A DNA stretch of 64,000 nucleotides from Takakia lepidozioides (Eukaryota; Plantae; Bryophyta), in assembly GCA_030704615.1 (NCBI GenBank), contig CM060732.1, positions 53,382,001 through 53,446,000 on the forward strand. Reading direction: 5' to 3'. A program made the position numbers and the translations under genes. The notes beneath the pieces are model-generated. The model was not told the origin of the DNA and ran no database searches. It saw nothing but the letters and a program-made list of their open reading frames with translations. How positions within the stretch are numbered: position 1 is the stretch's first letter; every line of letters begins with the position of its first letter. Shown piece after piece: positions 25,865 through 38,600 of the stretch.

Positions 25865-27193
25865 ATGAGCCTTCGATCAATCGATCGATCGAGGATGACT
25901 CCCAAGGAGCTGCGCATCCAAGTACCGCACTACTTCAGGTGCCCCATCTCGTTAGACCTCATGAGGGACCCGGTGACGTTGAGCACTGGGCAGACGTATG
26001 ACCGCGCCAGCATTGAGAAATGGGTGGCAGAGGGGAATGCGACATGCCCCGCCACCATGCAGATTCTTCAAAACCCGACGCTGATACCCAACCATACTTT
26101 GCGCCGCCTCATCCAGGACTGGTGTGTGGCCAACCGATCCAAGGGCGTGGAGCGCATTCCTACCCCCAAGCAGCCTGCAGATCCCCAGCGTCTGAACGTC
26201 CTCCTTGAAGAAATTTCAGGCTCCAACAGGTGCGGTCGTCTGTTTGCTCTCAAAACCCTTCGGACTCTGGCAAAGGAAAGTGAGGATAATCGAACAGTGA
26301 TTGCCGAGTGCGGGGCGATGCCGGTGCTAATTTCCGCCCTCTTCGCCGATGAGCCAATCCCCAACTGTCACTGGGATTTGGAATCCAAGAGTTTTGGGGA
26401 GTATTGCGGAAGGGCAGACTCCCAGACTGGTGATGAGGACGCAGTAGGGAGCGACTGCGAAAGTGCAGAAGAAGCACTGGGAGCGCTGGTGCTCCTTCCA
26501 TTGACGGATGTGGAGCGCAGCTTACTCACACAACCCCAACGCTTGTCCGCCCTCGCTTCCCTCCTGTGTCGGGGTAGCATGGAAGCCCGTATGAATGTGG
26601 GTGCTATGTTGGAACTCCTCTGCTCTTCTGACGAAATGAAGTCTGTCGTGGGTGCAACAAAGGGGGTACTGGAAGGCCTGGTGAAGTTGCTAAGATTAGA
26701 GCTTTACCCCCGTGCAGTCAAGACCGGAATAAAATCCCTCCTCTCTATTTGTCTCGCTAAACCTAATAGAGAGTTGGCTGTTCGAGCTGGGGCCGCCAGT
26801 GCGCTAGTTGAACTTCTTCCTGATGCGAACAAAGGGGATGCAGAGAGAGCGCTTGCAACTCTGGAGCTCTTGTGCACCAGTGAGGAGGGGAGGGCCGCTG
26901 TAGCAGGGCATGCGTTGGCTGTTCCTGCACTTGTCAAGATGATTCTCAAAGTCTCAGATCGAGCCACAGAGTATGCCGCAGGGACCCTTTGGGCAATTGG
27001 CAGTCAATCCGAGAGTGTGCAGCTAGCGGCCATCCAGGCTGGGGTCTTCACCCAGTTACTTCTCCTCATTCAAAGCGACTGCACCTCACGGGCGAAGAGG
27101 AAAGCCATGGATCTGCTCAAGTTGTTGCGGCCTATCTGGTCCGAGAATGCCTGCGCTCCTGATTTTGGCTGGACAGATGTTGCTCCTTTCTGA
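25865..27193 (+). CDS. U-box/ARM-repeat E3 ubiquitin ligase (PUB25/PUB26-like), intronless, 442 aa
   Basis: U-box VPHYFRCPISLDLMRDPVTLSTGQTYDRASIEKW...TCPATMQ...LIPNHTLRRLIQDWC, VERIPTPKQP, ARM repeats, C-terminal SDCTSRAKRKAMDLLKLLR. Confidence 0.96.
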   Translation: MSLRSIDRSRMTPKELRIQVPHYFRCPISLDLMRDPVTLSTGQTYDRASIEKWVAEGNATCPATMQILQNPTLIPNHTLRRLIQDWCVANRSKGVERIPTPKQPADPQRLNVLLEEISGSNRCGRLFALKTLRTLAKESEDNRTVIAECGAMPVLISALFADEPIPNCHWDLESKSFGEYCGRADSQTGDEDAVGSDCESAEEALGALVLLPLTDVERSLLTQPQRLSALASLLCRGSMEARMNVGAMLELLCSSDEMKSVVGATKGVLEGLVKLLRLELYPRAVKTGIKSLLSICLAKPNRELAVRAGAASALVELLPDANKGDAERALATLELLCTSEEGRAAVAGHALAVPALVKMILKVSDRATEYAAGTLWAIGSQSESVQLAAIQAGVFTQLLLLIQSDCTSRAKRKAMDLLKLLRPIWSENACAPDFGWTDVAPF

Positions 27194-28706
27194 GAGGAAA
27201 CCCTCTCTCTTTCCCTGTCGTAAGATTGTTGTCATTGCTTCTGCTCTCCCCATTCCTCTCCACTCCTCTTCCTCCCACCTGGTCCTTGATTCTTCATCAA
27301 CAAGTGTACTATAGGTGTAGCATTGTGTATAATGCGCGTTAAAAGTCAGTATTCTTTTCTTTGCCACTCATCAACACAGCAGGTTGGCTTACCTAGGGGC
27401 TCCCCTTACAAGGCCCGTATACCACAAATAGTTTCAAGGTCTCCAGATATCCTCAATCCATCGACATTGAGGTTTCAGTTATGGAGGCATCTGCTGCTGT
27501 CTCCAAATCAAGTGACGGTGTCTTACAGCGACCAGAGTCACACTCCCTTGTTGAGGCTGTCTGTGTCTCTCATATGAGAATTATTTTGAAGAAGACTTCA
27601 GGTTTTCTTCCCCATCGAAATAAAACTTTCAGGCATTTGCATGCCTCTTTGATCATCTCATGTGACCCATCCATGTCTGTCTTGTACTTTTAGTGAAGTT
27701 TAACTTTTGAAATAAAGAGCTCATGGTATTGTTGTCTGTCTGTGAGCTTCACTAGGGAGCTGAAAATGCATTTCCACAACTTCTGCAAAGGCAGGCAACT
27801 GGATTGACCTATGACAAAACAGTTCTCAAACCTCCTGCAGTTTGTGATAGAGAGAGAGATGGAGTGATGACAGCAATCCTTAAATCCAACATTGGGCATG
27901 CCATCTGTGCACATTCAGCATGGTCCAAACCGGTCACTAAATTATCAGTATCAGCGCTCATCTTTTGGTCAAGGCCACGCTGAAATAAATTGATGGGCAA
28001 ATTCCTTCGAAGGAGTAATCTTATTAACCATTTTTTGATGTGAAGTTGCGAGACCATAATGACATAGGACATCTCCACTGTCCCACTGTCATATTAAGCA
28101 GTTCTCAAAATGAACATATTGCAAGTATCAGAAGCTAGCCTCTGCATCTAGAAATGTAGTAATTGCAAGTCGCAAATGCAGTATTGTGTATTGGGCGAAA
28201 CGTTCAGTCAAACTAACCTTGGGAGCTATGATAAAGCAAATGGAAACTGAAACAAAATTTCCCTGTAGTGTTCCAAGACTGATATGTGCTCCCACAAAAG
28301 TCGGCCCTTTTTGAGTGTGACTGCTACCATATGAATACAACATGAATGCTTACAATTCCAAAGTGCTGCGTCCTTACAGCCTCTTAATTCTGAAGTGGTT
28401 GAACCAATTGGACCCCCAGAACTCTAAATTTTGATATTACAAATTTTAGTGCTTTTTCTGGTGTCCTGAAGATAGTTTCACATAAATTAGAGACATCACA
28501 ACTTTGCTGCCCTATTCAAATATTTACATTATCTGACACTCGAGCCCAACTGTGGATGTCACCTTGGGATGCGTCTCTTCTCCCCAAGCCCACAACAGCT
28601 CACCCACAAAACACTCTCCCTCAGCACAATACCAATATCTTTGCATACATGAGTTCGAAGACAGTATAAAAGGTAGAAGTTCGAAGCCCTGTCTGTGCCC
28701 ATCAGC

Positions 28707-31700
28707 TCACAAATCTCGTCGCATTTTGATGACAAGGGACCTGATCGACTCCACATCCGTTGCCTTGGGTGCCCCCTGAAAGGTATTACAATGTCATGCC
28801 CCATTCAAGTCTCCCTTGAAACACCTCCCCTGCCGATAGCAATGTGATGACTAAATCTAGTAAGCAGCAAGACAAACAGACAGAGATTGAAGTGCTGCGA
28901 ATTTTCAAACATATTGCAAAACTGTGTCCAAGCCCTAACACTCAGCACAGCATTGTAGTTGAATGGAAGGTATAAGAGAAGTATACGTGCCTGTACATAT
29001 GATTCAAGACAAGGAATTGCCTCAGAGAAGCGCTTTAGCAGATACAGGCATATCCCATAGTCTCTGATCTACACCATGGGCATACCCACTGTTAGCACAG
29101 TGAACATAAAGGCAGGGACACCCAGCATTCATGCTGTCAGTACCAGGTCCTCAATATGCAGCCCACAAAGTGCTGTACATGTGAGAGAACGGCACTAACA
29201 ACTCATCAGCCTGTCAGGCCCAGAAAACTACCAGCTTCGCAAGACCTGACTGGCAAAACTCAAGTAAAAGCCAAGGAACCAACTAACAAAGTAGTCGAGT
29301 GTCTTCTAGACCTTTGCATATAATTGTTTTAACAGCCCCAACTGTGATGCACACACCCTACAACTGACAGTACCTCTTCAATCACACCAGGACGTATCAA
29401 CTTCAGATAGTCAATGATGCAGAGGGTGCTGCACAGGCCAGAACACAACAAATTGCAATCATCAATACATACTTCTCACCTTGTCGATAAGGAGACGGTG
29501 AGACGGAGAATTCCTTTCCAAAGTGGAGGACAGAGAGAGCGAGAGACTTAGACCTGGGGTGTTCTCCTCTTTCCCAGTGAAAAATACGAATAAAAGCTTT
29601 ATGTCACCATTTGAGTTTGCTTGCCACACAGCGTGCACTGGGTTGGGAACAGTGAAAGGGGGATAGGGGGACAGCAGAATCCGGCCAAAAGCATTGCGGC
29701 TGACGGCTCCGGTGATGGGACTTATCTTTCAAAACAACCCATTGTCCTGTGGACTCGTAGCAAAACAGTGATTAGAAAGGAACAGATGAGGAGAAAAGAC
29801 AGTGAGGAGGGGGACAGTACAGGATGGTCCCCCTACGATTGCTGTAGGCTCTCTGCCTGTGTACATTAAGTTGATTTTCACTATCAAGATTTGCTCCTTT
29901 AGCGTAACATCACTTTTGGTGCACTCAGAAGTTCAGAACCAAGGATGGTCATGGTTTTTTAGCTTTGTCTCAAGCCGTTCAAGAAAGTGTCCTCTCTGAA
30001 GTTTCCTGGTCAGAAAAGTACCCATGGCCTGCCTCAGAAAATGGATACTATCCTCACCATCAGGCCCATCAATCAGGCACATCATGCTCCAATATCCCCA
30101 GATGGGTTAACTTGCTATTCAGGGGTAGCCTACTTGCCAAAATTAAACTTCAGCCTGGTGCCCAGCGTGGATGGGCCTTCTGGTACTCCTAAGCACCACT
30201 TGTTCATTGAAAAATAACAGGTCTCTGCTGAGATCAGCTCCTTCATCTTGCATAGCATTACCCCTACTAAATTCAACCTTATCTCCTCATCTGACTTTTC
30301 CGTGTATAGGAGAGGATCTAATAGGATCATTCTTGCCAAGACCTCATGACAATAAACACAAGTGCCTGAGACAATCCTGCTTATTACTGACAAGCCAAGT
30401 TTTAATTGCAAATGAACTGTTTTATTTAGCCATGTACATACTCCTTGGATCCCATGCTGAGGAGCACATCACACTCAATCTGCAATCCGTCTCATTTTAT
30501 CTGAAGCATCACTTTACTTGAGGATTTCCAAGGGGCCAAGGGGGTTCCACATATACTATGCCAGGGTCATTGATACATTACCTAACAGGGTCTTTCATCT
30601 CCATGTAGATACGCTTCAAGTTGAAGAGGAGGCGAATTAAGAAACCACGGTTTGTAATGTCCGTGTGTTTCAAAAAGTCAGGGCTAATGATAACTGGCAC
30701 ACCGTAGACCACTGAGAGCCTATCTTCAGCATCCTGCAGAAAGGTCACCTGCCAGTGACCCCACTCCCCAGTGAGTAGTGAGTCAAAGTGCCAAATTATG
30801 GATCAGTCAAGAAATAGAAAGTAGAGCTCACATACCTTGCCACCAGCATGAGCATCAATAAAGAACTCAAGACCTTCCCCAATGGGCCGACACATGAAAT
30901 GAGCTGGAAGGTTGACCTGAAATCATATCCAACACACCAGCATTGTTTTTGTGAGATCAAATCTCCTGCTGAGGTACTTACTACTTGTTACTGGAAGGAT
31001 TGGAAAATGCTCAAGGTAATACTGATTGTGTCTGCACGGAGGTCTGTCATTTCAACCCAGATGCTCGTATAAGAATAAAAGAGATGTGCATGAAAGATGG
31101 ATGGTACATCATTCATGGCACATCCAGCATAGCCAGAAAAGTGCAACCCTGAGAGGAAGAGACAACCACCGCCCCCAAAGGAGATGCAAGTCTTGAGCCA
31201 GGAAAGTACCCCTTGCATCGGCAAGCCAACACGCTTCGCAAGCTCCATATACACCAACGACATGGTGAGTGGCAAGCCTTCAGTCCATGAAAAACCCACG
31301 ATGATGACAACAGTGTGTGACAACTTGGGCATATTGCCAAGACTTGTCACTTGAAAGAGAGAAGTTTGAATGATATGACAGAAACAAACTTTAAGTTGCA
31401 TATATTCAGGAAAGGTCCTGACAGGAGGTAACTGCTCTTTCCGAGTTTGCAAAAATATCCAGTTGTGTCTGAGTTCACTTGCAGATAGCATGTGGTATTG
31501 GTCAGAGTAGAAAGGTTTCTCTGCGATTATGGCTTGCAAAGTTCACTTTGGCTTCCCCTGGATCCACATCCAGGCGAACTGGACATATGCAGAGTGCAGT
31601 GCTGTCACATTCACCGACCAACTCACTGACTGCATCATACAGGTGGTTTTGCTCAGGTAGGGCATCCACATGGAATGTGAATGTGACTATTCTGGGGGGC

Positions 31701-34582
31701 AAACATAAACGTTTCTGGCATTACTCTGCAAAGGTGGTAAACATGGCAACCAGGTACAAGCCTGGTTATTGCTCACTCAACAGAATCCTCTATACACTGA
31801 AGACACATGCTAGTTCAGTAATGACTGCAGACCAGGAAAAGAACACAAAGGACATGCCTTGTCGCCGTTCAAGGACCATGTTGATACATGAATTGCCCAG
31901 GTTCATGTATTTGTCAGCACCCTTGTAACCTAGTTCCCCATACAAGTAATTGTTGATGGAGTTAACCATCCGCATTGTATACCGCTCTGCATGCACACAG
32001 GGCTACGTGAATGTCAGTGCACCCCCTAAACTAGCAGCTTACTCCCAACAATTTCAGATGCATAGAAAGGTATCCCTCTGCAAGGGAACAGATCAGGCCA
32101 ATTAACATGAAAAGGTAGAAGATTGGAGAGTCTTGGAAATAAGTTAGAAATACCTTCAAGTGGGGGTAACACGGGCTCAAGCTCAGCAGCCATACTGTCC
32201 AGCTGAGCTTCAACTTCCTCAGCCGTGATTCTTGGATACCTACAACTCAGGAGTGGTGTTAGAAGCGTCCCAGAACTAGGGGTTGTATCACCAAATCTAC
32301 AATGACATGTACCAGAAAACAGGACAACCACGAGTTAGTTTTCTTTAGGGAAGGAACCATCTGAAGGTGTTCAACTAGAGAGAGATGATGCCGGTAGAAT
32401 CCAGTATAAATAAGAGCCCCTTCCTCTTACGGGTGCTGGCTCCTTTCAAAAATGCGCCTAAAGGTGTTCAAGTAATGGTAGGGCCTTCAACTGTGAATAA
32501 TCAGCTGTTTTGTTAATCTAAGGACAAAGATCAGTCACCAAAAGAACTCCACTTTGAGAGGACTATGTCATGAGCTCCACATAGACCAATACTATCATGG
32601 AATATGGAGCTGGGACGTGTCACCTCACTTGACTCCGCTCAAAATGTAAGCACTTGAGTTACAAGAGAAACTTCAACAACCTCGACATCCCAAACTGTAA
32701 GATGGCCTCCAGAATATAATTGAAGTATTGATAAACTAACCTGAATTCAAGAGGCTCCTTTAGCCACACATCTATTTGACATAATAATCTATGTGATTTG
32801 AAAACCTGCACGTATATTTCTTCACAGACTTCTGCAAAGTGCTGAGCTATGCAATAATCAACCTCCCTCCACATGGACAACTGCAGACCCCGAGCAGAAG
32901 AGACCAGAAAAGTGACTTACAAATGCTGAGCAACAAACACAGCCGTTCTGACTAAGTTGATCTCCTCATCTGGCTTTGACACCTCGTTTCTGAAGCTTTC
33001 CAGAGCTCTCATTCGCCCCTACACTCAGCAATCTATCAGACCTTCCAACTAAACTATTCTTGTTCCAGAATCAGGATGAGTCCCAGTTTTTCAAAGTACT
33101 ACCACTTTCAGACTTGCAACGCCTGCTAAGGCATTCAATACATGTCCAAGATTTCTAGGAGTAAACAATTTTTTTGATGTGGATGACATGAAGCACACCT
33201 ACTGTACACTCACCATACTAATTGGCAAACAAATTTCAAACGGAAGTCCCAAGTTTTTGAAGGTTGCAATAACAGAAAAGTGACCAGCAGTTGGGCAGTC
33301 ACTCAGAAGGCCTTGTTCCCCTACATCCAATGATTCATTCTAAGGGAATTCAAATGGACTTAAAGCTCTTTTGAGGTCATAAATTAGTCTCCATCAAGAA
33401 CAGCAAATGTGACATGAACAGTTGCAATTCACAGTGACAAGCCTGTTCACCTACATCGAAAGGCTTCTAAGATTTCTGCGATGAAAAGCGTTGAAAAAGA
33501 GTGAGGCTTTAGAATGACATTTGTGACTTCCAGAACCAACAAGTTTAGAATTTCAACCCTAGACCTTATACAGGTGTTGGGCATACTTCCGGATGAATGC
33601 ATGTACTCTTTGATCCAACGAAATATAAGCGCACTGAGAGCAAAGACACACAGATAGGCTCAAATGAGGAGTCTCCCGATTGAAAGATGAGATTAATATA
33701 AGAGCATGATAGAAGAAGAGAGCAAGAAAATTGGCATACCGTGTAAAGAAACAGCTCAGATTCGAGACTGCCGATTTCTGTTGGTGCCTGGTCCATCTTT
33801 GAGGAGTTAGAGAGGGTAGATGCACTTGTGGAACCTGATGCCGCTGTCTCACCCCGTCCTTCTTTTTTATCTCCACTTGGCAGCTCAAAATTGTCCCCTT
33901 CTCCCCCTTCATCCAACTCCCGAGAACTATTTTGACATCTTAATGCCTTCCTTGGAGACCAACCTGGACCACGTCGGCCTGATACTCCAGAATTTGGACT
34001 ATGAGATACACTTGCGCACGAACAATTAAGAGGACTAGAAGAGGCGGCGTTTCTGGCTTCCTTACAGAAATAGCCGTCCAAACTATCAAATGACGAGCTC
34101 CTACACGAAACAGTTGGTGATAAATGTCCACTACGAAATTGAAACGGCTGTCCCCGTTTCAGGGACTCCGCTCGCTGGCAGTCTCTGCATTCAAAGTTTT
34201 CCAAAGCACTCGACTCCCTGGGAGTCCTCCTTCTGAAATAAAGATTTTGAGACGACTGCGCATGTATTAGACCGCCTTGGCCTCTAAACCAAACCAATAA
34301 TGAGTCAATTCCCGACGCCATTCCAGGCACAGGACTACTAGAAGACGAACACGCCTTACTGGCTAGGCCAGCTTCCTGCAAAGACGCAACAACAGCAGCA
34401 GGAGTCACTGCTGCCATTGGCGTCCTCGGGCAAGAAGACCTTTGCAACAAATTTGACAAGCAGAATTCTGAGCTGTGCGATCTCTTGATCACCACTTCCC
34501 TCCTGGATATTGAGCGACCAGACGAAATCCGCGACACCACAAGAGAACTGCTTGGTATATTGATATACGCTGCTGCTTCCAT
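28707..34582 (-). CDS. Transglutaminase-like (Transglut_core2/SirB1-type) protein with C-terminal TPR-like segment and long Ser-rich N-terminus, 10 exons
   Basis: Exons 34582-33740, 33018-32921, 32239-32154, 31986-31858, 31277-31210, 30916-30836, 30748-30582, 29428-29374, 29068-28991, 28775-28707 splice in frame: INNYLYGELGYKG...NSCINMVLERRQGLPLTMSLVYMELAKRVGLPMQGVNLPAHFMCRP...RLLFNLKRIY...EIRDYGICLY. Confidence 0.88.
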
Positions 34583-35647
34583 CAATTTTACGATTATAAC
34601 ATCCAAACTGCGCCGCTACACTTCGTCGCATCACGGACCTTCCATCCTCCACTTATCCCACGCAAATCTACTGCCTGCATTTGCAATTTGCACCTCCAGT
34701 CTCACATCCTCTCCTCCCTCTTGCCTTCACACAGCGAAGGCTTCTCTCTCCTCTCTGCCATCCCTTAGTCGGCACCATCGCCTTTCTTCCTGCAAGTGCA
34801 TCCTCCTTGCCTACTCCGCCTCTAATAACCTCGCACTAATCTACCCGCTTCTCACTAACACAAACCCCGTCTTTTTTCTTCTCACTAAACACACACTTCA
34901 ACTAAACTACTCGCTTAACATCTCATTAACACAGGACTTTTCCGTTCATAACTCACTAATACGTCAACTAATGGGCGGGTGTTTTTATTACTGGCGAAAT
35001 TTCGCACTTTTTCGACCTCAAGAAACAAATCGAATATTCTGTCGTAAATTCCCTATTTCTCATGGATGTAATCGCCAAAATTCTCCCTAAGAAAAAAACT
35101 AAATCTTGGATGATTTCGCCTAATATGGATGATATACAAGGATGAAAGTACAAATGAGGATGATTCTGTCCAAATTTCAGTGGATGGACAGAAAATATGG
35201 CTATTTCCTGCAAAACTCAGTAGCCTCTCCTGTTATTTTCCAAAAACAAAAAAAATCAAAACAAAAAAACTCTGAATGGGCCCTATTTGGCTGCATTGTC
35301 TTTAGCTAGAAAATAGAAAGAGTTTTCCAGGGCCTCCATCCCCTGTTTAAGAAAAAACAAAAAACAAATTAAAAAAAATATGAAAAGAAAGAGACGACAT
35401 GTAAGTATACGCAACTGTTGCGTACGCAGGAAGATACGACAAGATATGGTGTAGTAGAGTACGGTTGGGTAGGTATATACGGTGCGCTCTCTCTTCCTCC
35501 ACCGCTTGCCTGCAGTGCGAGCTATGGCAGCAGGTGGGTGGGTTCGATGATCGAAGCGCAGATGTGCGAGGAGACAGAGAGGGTGGGAAGAAGAGGCAAG
35601 GTTAGGGTTTTGTGATTGGGGAGGAGGAGCTGCGTGGTGGGCCAATC
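34583..35647. promoter_or_regulatory. Probable bidirectional promoter between transglutaminase-like gene and ATG1
   Basis: Head-to-head start codons ~1.07 kb apart; TGGGCC site-II-like motif at ~35277, telo-box-like TAGGGTTT at ~35603. Confidence 0.5.
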
Positions 35648-38600
35648 ATGGCGCGGCAGCAGCGAGTGATTGGGGACTACGTCGTGACGCAGCAGATTGG
35701 GGCGGGCTCGTTTGCGGTGGTGTGGAAAGCGCATCACAAGCAGCAGGAGGGTGTGCATGTCGCTATTAAGGAAATTGCGACGGAGCGGCTCAACAAGAAG
35801 CTGCAAGACAGTTTGCTCTCTGAGATTGCCATATTGCGTCGGACTGACCACCCTAACATCATCCGCCTACATGACATTGTCGAGGTGGGGACCCTCACAG
35901 AGCTAGGGTTTATTGTTGGTTTGGAACAGGGCTCCTTGTCCTCGAAATTTTCTAAACCTGCGGTTGCCGTGTATTCACTGTGTGTTCGAAGAATTTGCAA
36001 ATAGAGAAAGAAATGTTCGCTTCCCTCTCTTTCCATCGCTGCAGAAATTTGAAATTAAAAAAGAAAAAATTACTGAAAGACTGATGGGGCGGGCGGGTGG
36101 TGAACTGAAGGCCCCAAATCGAATATTTCTGGTGTTGGAGTACTGTGCAGGGGGCGATTTGGCGGCGTACATTCTGCGCTACGGAAAAGTTTCTGAATCG
36201 ATTGCCCGGCATTTCATGAGGCAGTTAGGTAGACAATCATATCACCATTAGATAAAGTGTACGTAAGCTGGTTGTTTAGCTTGATTGCGGTGAGATGGAT
36301 TGCATAAATCAGCTGACATAGGTTATTGGTGTCAATTTCCCGTTGATGTTCTTCCCTCTCCCTTGTGCTCTATGTAATTTGCGAACTGGGCATGTGGTTA
36401 AGGGGCTCCACACGATGCGGGAATTTGCCATTGTACCAAATACTTCTCTTTCTCTTTGTGGTCATTCTTTTCTTCCTCCTCCTTGAGCGATGCTGTAGAA
36501 AGCAAAGATGAGTAAAGTCTGGGATCCTGATGGGTAGAATTGAAACCATACAGGAGCGGGGTTGCAGGTATTGCGATCCAACAACTTGATCCATCGGGAC
36601 CTTAAGCCTCAGGTGGGGGCTGCTATGTTTGCCATTGCTGTCAATAGAGGCCCACGGTAGATGTTGTTTTCTCTTGGAGGAATAACCTGGATCACCGGTG
36701 GTTGTTAGGGCATATGCTGAAGAAGTATTGTGGAACATGTGCTGTACTCTACATATATAGCAGTTAGATCATACTTTGTACTGTTGATCCGTACAAATTT
36801 AACTCTCTCTTGCTGACAGGGAGCCTTGCAAGGGTGTTGCAGAACCTTCTGTTGTCCACAAATGATGCTGATGCAGTGCTTAAAATCGCCGACTTCGGGT
36901 TTGCCAGGTGGGAAACTTTACCTTAACATGCAGAATTCTTCTGCAAAATTACCTGTAGGGAGGCAATGGACGCGTATTTTTTTGCGCATGTGAATTTGTG
37001 TTTGTTCACGTGCGTGCAGAGATGAATAAGGTTCATCTATCTGGTTTTGGACTGCAGGTTGAGAGAGGCAGCAGGGAGAAAGATTGTGAAGTTGTGCCTC
37101 ATGTGGACATTCCCCTGCAATGCCTGTGTCATTTTGCTAGTCACTGTAGTCTAAACCTAGAATAAAGGTTCTGGATGCACATGTTCAGGTATTTAATCAG
37201 GACGTGGCTGGGTGGAAGATTGTGAAGTTGTGCCTCATGTGGACATTCCCCTGCAATGCCTGTGTCATTTTGCTAGTCACTGTAGTCTAAACCTAGAATA
37301 AAGGTTCTGGATGCACATGTTCAGGTATTTAATCAGGACGTGGCTGGGTGGGTGACAGGTTGCTGCAGCCACAGGGCATGGCAGAGACTTTGTGTGGTTC
37401 ACCACTCTACATGGCTCCCGAGATTTTGCAATCCAAAAAATATGATGCCAAAGTAGGTGTTCTTTCTTTTTCACTCTGTTCAATCACTATGGGCTATGTC
37501 TATGCTACTGGGAAGAAGACTGGATAGCAAAGATACTGTCTAGGAAGGCTTCAAGGTTTAACTGAGGCAAGTGTGGGATGGGACAGGCAGACCTGTGGAG
37601 TGTGGGTGCCATCCTGTTCCAGCTGGTGACGGGGCACCCTCCTTTTGGTGGCAACAATCATGTCCAGGTCCCTCTCTCTCTCTCTCTCTCACCCACAGCA
37701 CACACCAGATTGATGTTTGTGTGAGGGGCTTCCTAGAGGATATCTGGAAAACCTAAACTAATTGTTTATATCAAGGTGAGTCCCACTGCCCCTCACAAAG
37801 GTAGTGCTTATTCCCTATGTTTCCAACCAAATTGGGAGAGGTGTCTATGGCCATAAGGCTACGGAAAATAAAGTCTTATGAGTACATTCTCTCACCCACA
37901 AGGCTACAGCAAACAACGTCTCTCACGTACATTCTCTTTCTCACCTGCACCTATGGCCACAAGTCTTCGGCAAACGTCTGAGGAGTACATTCTCTGTTAC
38001 CGCAGACATGTGATAGGTGTGCTACAGTGGCTCACACACTAGGAAAGCTGTCCACACATGATACAGGCACTTTTTGCAATCAACATGACCTCAATCAGAA
38101 GCAGCCTGTTGCCTATCATGTTCTTGATTTTTGTGCATGTATATCAACTGGGCACTTCCCACAAAGATGTGTGGTGCAACACAAGCTTTTGTGTTTTGAA
38201 CATGGAAGCCTACCTAAAATTTCAAGCTTTCAAGCCTGTGTTTTGAGCTTATTGGATATGGGGAAATCTGGAAGGCAGAAGCATTGTGGGTGTGGTTCAG
38301 GGTTGGTAGGCTTCACTTTATAAGCTGAATAGTGGAGTGTATCTCCGTTAGCAAGAACACTTAATGACTGTCATGTTAGTCTCCTGCATTAGGCGCCTAT
38401 GCAGAAACTGTCTTATTAGTCAAGTCTTATTAGTCATAGGCAGTAATCGGCCAGGCGTAAGGTTTGAAGGACAGCAGTATGTGACAGAGGAAGGTGGGTT
38501 GTATTGGGAGGGCAGCTGCTGCAGAATATCATCAAGTCAACTGAGGTGCGTTTTCCCGACTCGGTGCTGTCTCAGTTACACCCAGACTGCATCGACATGT

